A stretch of DNA of 64,000 bases from Phoronis australis (Eukaryota > Animalia > Phoronida), in assembly GCA_002633005.1 (NCBI GenBank), contig NMRA01000412.1, forward strand, positions 76,614 through 140,613, read 5' to 3'. Positions 50,101 through 62,100 of this stretch are shown piece by piece; the first letter of the stretch is position 1, and every line of letters begins with the position of its first letter. The notes under the pieces are model-generated. The model ran no database searches. It was given only the letters and a program-made list of their open reading frames with translations, and was not told the origin of the DNA. The translations under genes and the position numbers were made by a program.

Positions 50101-53100
50101 CACGGGAGAAAAACTGAGTGGGAAACCTACTTCGTGTTGTACAATCAAGGTAATAACTCTGCGGGAGTTTTGCATTGAAGGTAATTATTGGCCAAGGTTG
50201 CTTGCTCCTTGCCCATTTTCATAAAAATGTTGAAACAGATTCATAATATGTTCTGGAGGAATTCAGTGTGACAAGAGCCCTTATCAAGGGTAGGAAACAT
50301 TGAAAGCCAAATTCACAACAAATTAGGTATATAGACAGCTTGGGTTTCAAAGACCAATAAATCGAATCTGAGGCGACAAATCAAGCCACCCGTGTAATCA
50401 CTCAACTGCATTCGGTCTATAGTGTAATGACCGCATTAAATACCTTGGAATGGTCTTCTATTCTTGAAACACGAAGTAAAACAAAACTTTAAAGATGAGG
50501 TACTAAGTGTGACTTTGAAGTATTCATCGAAACACAGTTGCTGCTGAATTGAAATGTGCCTCATTATAAAATAACTTCGGTAGCCATTTGGTGACGAGCT
50601 GAGATGCTTCTGTAATTAATGATGCACGGATTTTCCTTCTGATCACCATGCTTAAGATATGAGAAAATATAATGTTTTTAATTTGGTTTTGCCAAAACTT
50701 GCTGATTAGACTCCTTCAATTTTCTAAGTTCAAATTGAGCTGTCTGTCAATTTCACACTATGGCTCAAATTGTTCAATCTTTATCAGTATGTTAATTTCA
50801 CACATCCGGACTCTAAATTTCTTTGAAATTGTAAAGCAATTACAGTAGTTAATCAAATGAATTGACTCCGATGCAACATGATGTCACCAAAAATTTATGC
50901 GTCTTTTTGCTAACTTTTAATGTGTCCTTCTATATTCTCCTTCCAGTATCTTTTCCAATGTGACCACGTAAATTACACAATAGTACCTGTGTCGGGAAAA
51001 CAGGAATTGGACAATGCATTTGTAGAAAATTCAGAAGGGGTGAGTATTTAAATTTGGACTTTTAGTTTAAATTTTAGTTTTTTTTTTTAATTAGTAACAT
51101 GTTTTTTGTTGTCATTTCATTGAAAAAGAGTTCATCTCGTGAGTGTTTGACCTTTTTCTGGATGGCCTTGTTGCAGAAAATGAAAATTACAAGTTGCAGT
51201 GGTTCGAATGATCTTTTTACTGTTTACCTTTTCGTCCTAAGGGTGGTTAAGTTTCTACTAATATATAAAAACAATATCAGTGTATGTTTGTAGAAACAGT
51301 TGATTGAAATGTAATGCAAAAAGCACAATTTTATGTGACCAGTTTTATTTTGTGTACTTGTCTCATGTCTCTTAGAACAGCAAAAAAGTGCAGGTGGCCT
51401 GATGTCATTTGCTGTGCATCAGACGTGCGCAGGTGTCATGGCTGTGCCTAGAACAACACGTCAACTCTGACCTATAATGTTTCTCAAGTGGTGCTACAGA
51501 ATACTGCATTAGTCAACTTTATGAAGATTTCTGCTTCCTACGTCATTAGTTGACAAAATATCACAATCTTTTGATGCACTTAGTCACAACGTTATACATG
51601 ATTGTTTCAGATCAAGTTTGTAGTGATGATCAACTGTGGTGCTTCTATTGATGTTGTTGAAACACTGCAGCCAAGTGAAGATGTTGTCTTCTTTATCTGT
51701 GATAGGTAATTGAATAAACAGTCGTGTTTTAACATTGTGAAGACTCGGTCTTCTCTTTGTAAATAAATGATCTTGTGTTTCAGCCTAGTGTAGATGTGCT
51801 CTTCTTTATATGAAGCTGGTAATTCAAGAAACAGTCTTGTATTTAATGTTGTGAAGACATGGTCTTCTTTATGTGAATAAAATGACCTTGTGTTGTTCTA
51901 GCCTAGTGAAGATGTTGTCTTCTTGATATGTGGTCAGTAATTCAAGAAACAATATGTTTAGCATAGTGAAGACATTGGGCTGTTCTTAAAATATTTAGCA
52001 TTTCCCTCACCTCACTCTCATTCTTCTGTCACAGTTAGGCAGGTAAACGATTATAATGTGATGCACAATGCAAGTTGACCGAGTAATGTTTAGAGCAACC
52101 TTACATGATTTAATGTTAACGAAGTCCCAGATACTGTTAGGTGTGCTTTTCGTTGCAAAAATATAATTTTGTTTTCACACCTCGAAATGTTTTTCATGTG
52201 TCACGAATGAACGAAATGTTAGGATAATAACGCAAGTCTCTGAATTGGTCATTGCCATATATATAGAAATACAAAATAAGGTAAAGGCTAGAAGACTGAC
52301 CATACCTGGTCTGAAGTTGCATTGTGTTTAGATTGTAGTTTGTTGAGTGGCAGAACTGATAGAAGTCTTTGCTTTCAGCCATCGCCCCATCGATGTGTGT
52401 AATGTCTACAACATGGTTCAAGTTCGGCTGCTAATGAACCAGGATGAAGTAGATGATCTACCAGAATATGAACAGTTGTTCAGGGATGATGGTGTAAGTA
52501 GCAGTAATTTATCCTTAGATTATAGTCCAGGAAAAGTCTATTATTGTGAGCAATACATGAATGGTTGCTCAGTGATGACGTGGTTATCAGTCATGCACAG
52601 AATTGTGGTCCAAAAAGATCATTCTGTAACTATGTACAGAATTTCATTACCTGTTCAGGGATGTCAATATGAATGGCGACTTATGTCTAGATTGTGGTCA
52701 ATAACTCTGAAACTGTGACAGACGATGAACAGATGCTCTTGATGATGACTTCAGTAGCAGTATGTTCAGACTATTGTTCAAAAATATATTAAATTCTATG
52801 ACCAGTTTAGGGATGATGATGTGAATGACAGCTTATTCCTAGATTGTAGTCCAGAACGATCTGAAATATGAACAGTTGTTCGATCTGAAATATGAACAGT
52901 TGTTCGATCTGGAATATGAACAGTTTTTCAGGGATAACATTGTTGGTTACAGTTCAAGTTCAAATTGGTANTTGGTGACGAGCTGAGATGCTTCTGTAAT
53001 TAATGATGCACTGATTTTCCTTCTGATCACCATGCTTATTAGGGCTCGACATAACGAGCTGCAGGTCGCATTTGTGACCTGAAATTTGGAAATGCGAGCT

Positions 53101-56100
53101 GATTTTTGTCAGCTCGTATCAAGTCGCATAATGCGACCTGGAATTTCCAACGAATGCGAACTGAGTTTTTACACTTCTCAACAGCTACCTCGCAAATACA
53201 AAGCAGTTCTTGTTAATCCGACCGTTAATTGATTGTTGCCAAATCCAAGTTCAAAAGAACACTAACCGAGAACAGCCCTCACGATGACAAGTCGCGTGAA
53301 TATGGGATATGCAGAATCGATCTTTGACGCATTTCATTGGCTAACACTTTCGGCCACTTTAGTAAATTCCCGGATTTGCCGAAGAAAGTTTCGGGCAACT
53401 GCTTAACACGTGATAAAACTTCACAAAACAACAGTGTTTCTACTAATTCTTAAGCGATCAACGTACCAAACTTTGTGGTGGACAAAAATGTTTATTTTTC
53501 TCATAAGATGTCCTTATTACATGTACCAAATATCCACGACAATATCCCTGATATCGCACTGCGGTACCGTTAGCGCGCAAGCGGTCCCGGCAGACAATCG
53601 TGACTTAGACTGAGATGTGCTTCTCCTTTTTATCGTATTAAGACAGCCAAAGTGAAAATGACAACGTTATTAATCGCCAAAGGACGGTCACGTCTTTACT
53701 TTCAGTTGCCAAGAAATTCTCAAACCCTTTACTTGTTTCTGGGGCTACGTGCACCAAATATGATTTGTCTTTCACACGTTGTTGCCAACGTAAAGTGTAG
53801 GCCTACTCCAGCGATTCAAGTGCGTGAACTCACGCGTGCGCACCACTTCAAAGAGCAGCGAGAGTCCTAAATGAAAGAGTATACTCGCTTGGCTCTGGTT
53901 TATTTGAAAATGAACTCAGATTCCCAGCGGTTATAAAAGACTCGATGTCCCGGGACCGATATAACCCAGAATTGACTTTTTCCTGTTCCGATGTTTCCCG
54001 AGGGCGATGTTCTGTAAACCCTGTATTCTATGCCCGTAGCCAGCTATTGCAACTAAACTGGCACTAGATGCGAAATTGTGGTTCAAGTTAGCGAACTTTT
54101 CATTCTTCTCTTTATACACCCCCCCGGCAACTTTTCGCTCCCCGAACCACCGTCGCCGTAAAATGTTCAGACTCCTATAGGAACAACCTTGTTCCGGCTG
54201 AAGCGGGCAGTTAAAAACAAAATCATTCCGGGTGGCTAAAAAGGGTACAATGTAGGTGGTAACGATATCCAGAAAGTCACCCCTACTAGATGGAGTTTGC
54301 CTCGCAAAATCGTATTATTATAACGTTTCCTACCATTGCAGCGTTTTGATATCTTATTACCGCAAACACTGTGGTTAACGACTATGCTCACGCACAAGCC
54401 TACTCCCTACCATTAAAGTGTTTCATAATAATTGACACGCAGCTGATATGGTGTGTCACTTTCATTTTACACAACTTCAGTTTTCAAAAACGTCTTTTCA
54501 CAATATGTAAAAACCAAATCCCGGCTTTGTTTTATACCTCGGAAAGAAAGTTAACACCAGTGACATGCGTGTCGTTTTGTGACTGACCTATTTTTCCAGT
54601 ACTTGGAAGGTATTGAGGAGCACATTCGCCATTGCCCGAGTTAGTTTGAATCGTTAGCGACTTTGATGACAGCCATTAGCAGGCCAGATCTAACAAAATC
54701 CTGGATACTTTTTCAACGGGCATTTTCTCCCTTTTCACATCGCAAATTTAACTACTCGAATGCACAAGTCAGAGAGCACTGATTCAACTTTCACATCGGC
54801 AACTTGCCTTGCGCTCTAGAGTCTTTCAATGGCGGTCGTGAAGAACAGTAAGGCCGTACCTGCATGAATGAAGTCAATTTTGAGATCCGAAATTTGTGAG
54901 TACTTAACGCTGCAGGTAAGAGAATAATCTAAACATTTTCTCGATCTAAAAAATCTATTTTGGTGCGTAAAAATGGCAGGAAAATTTTGCGACCTGGCAT
55001 TTACGAATGCGAGCTGGATTTTGAAAATGCGACCTGGGATTTTGGCTAGGTCGCAAAATGCGACCTGGTGATTTTAATAGCGTTGAGCCCTGCTTAAGAT
55101 ATGAGAAAATATAATTTTTTAATTTGGTGTTGCCAAAACTTGCTGATTAGACTCCTTCAATTTTCTAAGTTCAAATTGAGCTGTCTGTCAATTTCACACT
55201 ATGGCTCAAATTGTTCAATCTTTATCAGTATGTTAATTTCACACATCCGGACTCTTTAAAAACATAATTATTCAAATTTCTTTGAAATTGTAAAGCAATT
55301 ACCGTAGTTAATCAAATGAATTGACTCCCATGCAACATGATATCATCAAAAATTTATGCGTCTTTTTGCTAATTTTTAATGTGTCCTTCTATATTCTCCT
55401 TCCAGTATCTTTTCCAATGTGACCACGTAAATTACACAATAGTACCTGTGTCGGGAAAACAGGAATTGGACAATGCATTTGTAGAAAATTCAGAAGGGGT
55501 GAGTATTTAAGTTTGTACTTTTAGTTTAAATTCTAGTTTTTTTTTAAATTAGTAACTTGTTTTTTGTTGTCATTTCATTGTAAAAGAGTTCATATCATGA
55601 GTGTTTGACCTTAATCCTGGATGGCCTTGTTGCAGAAAATGAAAATTACAAGTTGCAGTGGTTCGAATGATCTTTTTACTGTTTACCTTTTCGTCCTTAA
55701 GGGTGGTTAAGTTTCTACTAATAAAAGCAATATCTCAATGTATGTTTGTGGAAACAGTTGATTGAAATGTAATGCAAAAAGCACAATTTTATGTGACCAG
55801 TTTTATTTTGTGTACTTGTCTCATGTCTCTTAGAACAGCAAAAAAGTGCAGGTGGCCTGATGTCATTTGCGATGCATCAGACGTGCGCAGGTCTCATGGT
55901 TGTGCCCAGAACAACACATCAACTCTGACTTATAATGTTTCTCAAGTGGTGCTGCAGAATACTATTAGTCAACTTTATGAAGATTTCTGCTTCATTCTTC
56001 ATTAGTTGACAAAATATCACAATCTTTTGATGCACTTAGTCACAACGTTCTACATGATTGTTTCAGATCAAGTTTGTAGTGATGATCAACTGTGGTGCTT

Positions 56101-59100
56101 CTATTGATGTTGTTGAAACACTGCAGCCAAGTGAAGATGTTGTCTTCTTTATCTGTGATAGGTAATTGAATAAACAGTTGTGTTTTAACATTGTGAAGAC
56201 TCGGTCTTCTCTTTGTAAATAAATGATCTTGTGTTTTAGCCTAGTGTGGATGTGCTCTTCTTTATATGAAGCTGGTAATTCATGAAACAGCCTTGTATTT
56301 AATGTTGTGAAGACGTGGTCTTCTTTATGTGAAAAAAGTGACCTTGTGTTGTTCTAGCCTAGTGAAGATGTTGTCTTCTTGATATGTGGTCAGTAATTCA
56401 AGAAACAATATGTTTAGCATAGTGAAGACATTGGGCTGTCCTTAAAATATTTAGCATTTCCCTCACCTCACTCTCATTCTTCTGTCATTGTTAGGCAGGT
56501 AAACTATTTAATGCGATGCACAATGTAAGTTGTCCGAGTAATGTTTAGAGCAACCTTACATGATTTAATGTTAACTAAGTCTCAGACACTGTTAGGTGTC
56601 CTTTTGTTGCAAAAATATAATTTTGTTTTCACACCTCGAAATGTTTTTCATGTGTCACGAATGAACGAAATGTTAGGATAATAACGCAAGTCTCTGAATT
56701 GGTCATTGGCATACATATAGAAATACAAAATAAGGTAAAGGCTAGAAGACTGACCATACCTGGTCTGAAGTTGCATTGTGTTTAGATTGTAGTTTGTTGA
56801 GTGGCAGAACTGATAGAAGTCTTTGCTTTCAGCCATCGCCCCATCGATGTGTGTAATGTCTACAACATGGTTCAAGTTCGGCTGCTAATGAACCAGGATG
56901 AAGTAGATGATCTACCAGAATATGAACAGTTGTTCAGGGATGATGGTGTAAGTAGCAGTAATTTATCCTTAGATTATAGTCCAGGAAAAGTCTATTATTG
57001 TGAGCAATACATGAATGGTTGCTCAGTGATGACGTGGTTATCAGTCATGCACAGAATTGTGGTCCAAAAAGATCATTCTGTAACTATGTACAGAATTTCA
57101 TTACCTGTTCAGGGATGTCAATATGAATGGCGACTTATGTCTAGATTGTGGTCAATAACTCTGAAACTGTGACAGACGATGAACAGATGCTCTTGATGAT
57201 GACTTCAGTAGCAGTATGTTCAGACTATTGTTCAAAAATATATTAAATTCTATGACCAGTTTAGGGATGATGATGTGAATGACAGCTTATTCCTAGATTG
57301 TAGTCCAGAACGATCTGAAATATGAACAGTTGTTCGATCTGAAATATGAACAGTTGTTCGATCTGGAATATGAACAGTTTTTCAGGGATAACATTGTTGG
57401 TTACAGTTCAAGTTCAAATTGGTATTCTGGACAATCTAGAATCACTTTGAACAACTGTTCAGGGATGGCCAAGTAAACATGATAGGTATATGTATAGTGA
57501 ACAGTTAACACTTCAGGCATGTCAGTGTCACAGGTTATATCAAGAATGTAGTCCAGAAAACATCTGTGCAACTGTGAAAAGTTGTTTAGGGATGTATATT
57601 GTGATACACTCTATACTTAGCTACTGCACTGCCAGAGACTGAGCACTGGTTGGAAGGTTGGGAGATCAACAAATTTTTAAAACGCATTGTAAGTTGCATT
57701 ACAGCAAAACTGCTAACATTCAGGGATATTAGCGGTGTCGATAAGGGATCGATCATGATTTATATTGCCATTGTGATCAAAATAGAAAATAATGTGTCCT
57801 TGAAGACACCACTTTTAAGTCTGGTCATGTCCTGTCCAACTCTTAAGCATTAAACCACTTTTTCTACTCAGTCTGAAGACGAGGACTCCGGCAATGAAAG
57901 TGATAATTCTGATAGTCAAACACGAAAGAGGAAGAGGTTCGATGAAGAGTATTTAGAGCGAAGGCGAGAAAAACGGTTGTGGATGGAAGAAAGGTGAGAT
58001 TGATTTCAAAGTAATAAAGTGTATTCATTTGGTATATTCTGCCTCAGAGACCTAACTAAAACAACGAATTTTAATCCACCACAAAAGCTTAGATATCCAG
58101 AACAACACAAGGCGTTGACTTGGGCATGGCAAACTTTAGTTAACTGGTATGGTTTGTTGTAACATGGTTTTAACTGAACAAAGTTAAGTCAAGAACTTTG
58201 ATAACTGCTACGTGACCTGCTAATTTCAAAGCCTTCTATTCATCCACACGAAACACCAGCATTGGTGCAGACAGTCTTTCAAAATCCTGCTCACAGTAAT
58301 ATCCTGCTGATGCATAACTAACTGTCCAGACGGGCAAGTTTAACTAGGGACAATTTGACCCCCTTGTAAGTTTAACCAGGGACATTTTGCTGAGTTTCCC
58401 TGTGATGACAAAACAGTCACCATTGTCGGGGCAGAGGTGATCAGAGTGAAGTTACTCTGCGCATGTGTCATAACTAGCTAGTGCCCATTCGAACTAAGCT
58501 GAGTAAGCCTTGCGTAGCTGATAGGTACTTGGCCTTGACACCACTTCTGTTCACGCAATCTTCTTGTTCCTGGGACATCTGCTCATGTGGACACAACTAT
58601 TTTCCATTATGCTGCACTTTTAGTCATTGTTCGCTCCCATGATTGTATGACTTTGTTCTGATACCCCTTATTCTGCTTGTAGAAACAAGATCATGTTCGA
58701 GTACACACAATTCACCAAACTGGGCTCATCGGCTGCTTGTAAGATGTACGAGTTGGCATGGAAAATGTCCAAGGAGAACAATGACCTACTTTGGTTAGTT
58801 CCGTGTCAAAGGTTATAGGTCAAATCAAGCATCTTCTTAAAATTTGCTCCTTGTATTTGCAATCAACGAAATTAAGCAGTCCAAAGATAAACTTAGGATT
58901 ACATGGTGCACTCCGTTGCGGTGATTTTATCCAGATTTTTATACCATTTGTAAGTGTTGGAGAGTACAATCAGAAAAGGTGACTGCATTTAGACTGTCAG
59001 TGATTTCTGTGAGTGAGTTGATATTTACCAAGTGGTGCTCTTTATAAGTATGAGTAGTAGCTGTTTGTATGCATTGTGCATTCATTAAGGCTGTCATGTG

Positions 59101-62100
59101 ACTACCTGCATGTATGCCATTGGAGAAGGGTCCCACATACCCTGAATGTATTGACATTTCAATTTGGACATTTATTTCATTAGCGCCTCCTGGTTAACAC
59201 CGAGATTCTTTAATTGATTTACAAACTTTGTGGTTACTGAAAATGCCTTACCATCTGAACTTGATCTTGCCATGTCAGCTGCCTCTCTGCCATTCTTACT
59301 ACCCACCCAGTCCCCCTGTCACTGTACCCTGACTTATCTCCCTTACAGACTGTGACATCACACTCATGTGACATCATTCCAGCCACACATAGCCTTGATG
59401 TCAAGTTTCATGTAATTTAATCTGCGGATTTTGAAACTTAGAGGAATTTCAAAGATACGCTTGAGCAGAAAGCCCTCACAAGCGTAAAATTCATGGCATC
59501 TCATGTGTCATAAATGTTTTATCCGATTTAGTATTCTTTTTTGTTCTGCGGAAACTTGTTTAGTGACGAGATATACACTGAAGCATGCCTATCAAGAATC
59601 TTCAAAATGGAAACATATGACAGAACCTAGTTTTCAAAATGATGACTAGTAGACAAATTTTGACACAATTAACCAAATTTAACAGTACACTTCCTAACCT
59701 GGATGAATATTGCGCCAGAATTATTTGGCAGTTTTCTCGACTTTGTCACCTTAAAATTTTTTTATTTGTGTCAAACTTAAGGCTTTTGGGTTTAATGTGA
59801 CGTTACTGCTCCTAGCTGCTGTTTATTTATGAATGGCTTTACACTTAGGTGACTTGTCACAACTTCAACAAAGTGCATGGAGCGACACCTGTCCAGATAT
59901 AGCCAGAATTGAAACTAAGTCTACTCGAAGGGAAATAGATTTTAAATCGCTGCTTTTGTACGTCAAAACTTCATCGTATATCGACATTGCCCAGTTTGTT
60001 TTAAAATATTCCTGTTTTATAGCTAGCCTCATAATATTGACTTACTAATAAATGCCTCAAAAATACATTTAATGTGTCTTTAAAGCATGGTGTTAAATTA
60101 TGACAAAGAAATTGCCATTCGACAAACTACCTTAGCTTTACTTAGTGTGTCCAGTTACTAACCGCTTTGCTTTTGCAGTGATGCTCATTAATACAGGTCG
60201 CACCTCATGTTTTTCTTCAGGTTGGCCATCTTGGGTGTCACTGAACAGATCTCGTTCAATAAAGTGGAACATGAAAAGTATATGGAACAAGTTGGCTTCC
60301 TACAAGGACACGTGTCTAGGCTCAATCATAAGTAAATATGCCATAATCTCTTGTCAATTCTCCTTTCTTAGTTTGTTTTTCTTAAACGACCGAAATCCAA
60401 TTCCAACAGATACTGGTTTATTATTATTGTAGCTGCTCAAATTGATAATTTTTTTGTTTCTGTCTGTAACTAGTAATTTTTGCATTGGAAATTTTACTAG
60501 ATTAAATCAATGGCATGATTACCCAAAAATGTACCAAAAATTTATTTTGTTCTTCGTAACACTGTTTTGTTCACATCATGTACGCCATTCGCTGACATTG
60601 CATCTGTGGTTGCTACACAAAAACCTTTGAACAACCCTATATCGATTTGACTTTCACATTTGTATTCCTTGCTAGGCCAACACCTATATCTCATCGCAAA
60701 TCTGTCCTACTTGTCTCTTTTGCCAATTTTTATTCTTGTTCTTTTGCACTTAAAAGTTCATTTTAACATTTTTCCTCTGTTTCCAGAGGTGATGAGGAGG
60801 ACAGCGCCATCTCTGTAGACTGCCTGAAACTAGGCTTTGAGATGGAGCTACAGTTGCCCCTGTACCGACACTGGTCTCTGTTAGACAGTCTGTGTCACTC
60901 TCCTGTCACGGCCTGTCACTTCAAGGTGTGGACTATGAGGGGCAAGAAGAAACTTCATGAGTTCCTCGCTGACATGGGGTGAGTTGGGCACACCATGCGC
61001 CCTATTTTGTCTCTATCGTCGCTCTTGGCTTGTGTGTCTAGCTAAACCTCCAATGCAAAAGTAAACTGCTTAATGTCTTTGATGCCTGTGTTGGAGGATT
61101 GCATTTTTGCTTCTTGATCCAGCCTTACATGATTTGCATAAAGGTTAGCCCCTGGGTCTGTTTTATTACGGGCAGTTGTTCAGACAGTTGAAGGTGATGT
61201 TACTTCAAATGTGACAGTGCATTACTTATGAGANNNNNNNNNNNNNNNNNNNNNNNNNNNNNNNNNNNNNNNNNNNNNNNNNNNNNNNNNNNNNNNNNNN
61301 NNNNNNNNNNNNNNNNNNNNNNNNNNNNNNNNNNNNNNNNNNNNNNNNNNNNNNNNNNNNNNNNNNNNNNNNNNNNNNNNNNNNNNNNNNNNNNNCCCCG
61401 CCACTCGTAAATCAAACTCACATTGACTGCCACACACCTAATCGTGACGGGGAAACTTCACCGCCATGCAAAAATCACTAGTAAAAATGATCGCTAGTAA
61501 AAATGATCGCTAATAAAATGAATCGCTTGTAAAAATTATAGCTAGTAATAATGAATAAGTACAAGTCACATGGCACCGTTTGTGGATTGCAAGGGAAAAA
61601 TAATAATTTTACAATGGGATCTTGAATTGTGCCCCCGTTAAACACAATCATTCAGTCCCCAATCCCCTTTCTTACCAGGTTTCTGCCAGTCTCAGATTCG
61701 TCTGCATGCACTTTCTGAATCACTGATTTATGTTTAGCAGGACAATATCAACGGAAGTTTCGTTACACGAATTAGTTTATTACGTCTACAAAGTTCACAT
61801 ATTTTTGTTCTATGGTTGTCACTTTTTGGATAATTGAATTTTAACACTGTTTTTTGTACTCAAGTGACAGAGATCACACTATGCCGGACACTTCATTGCC
61901 AATTCCAATTTGTCTTGCGAAGTGTCCTTTACCCACTCAGATACTTCCACTACACGATGCTTGGGTTAAGGTCTTGTCTATGATGAGCAAACTGCAACCT
62001 ATTTACATCTAATTTTCAAATTTTGCTTGGGGAAGGTTCNCATCCCATGCGCGCATCTGGCGCCCGGTTCCACATCCGCATTCCCCATCACGTTCCTTTT

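Larger units (their letters stand above)
50588..57424 (+). repeat. Direct duplication: copy A 50588-52970, copy B 52972-57424 (B interrupted by a 2-kb insertion), joined at a single N (52971)
   Basis: Both copies start TTGGTGACGAGCTGAGATGC and end AGTTCAAATTGGTA; identical 123-aa ORFs at 52347 and 56801; scattered intronic SNPs and indels. Confidence 0.95.

Noticed and set aside
52347-52718. 123-aa ORF present twice (also 56801-57172), considered as an independent duplicated gene
   Set aside because: It is CDC45 exon 5 read through into flanking intron; the two copies reflect the segmental or haplotype duplication
53410-54586. Short ORFs inside the hAT-like element as a transposase
   Set aside because: All are under 75 aa with no BED finger, DDE or hAT dimerisation motifs
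61200-61437. ORFs spanning the poly-X stretch
   Set aside because: Artefacts of the N gap
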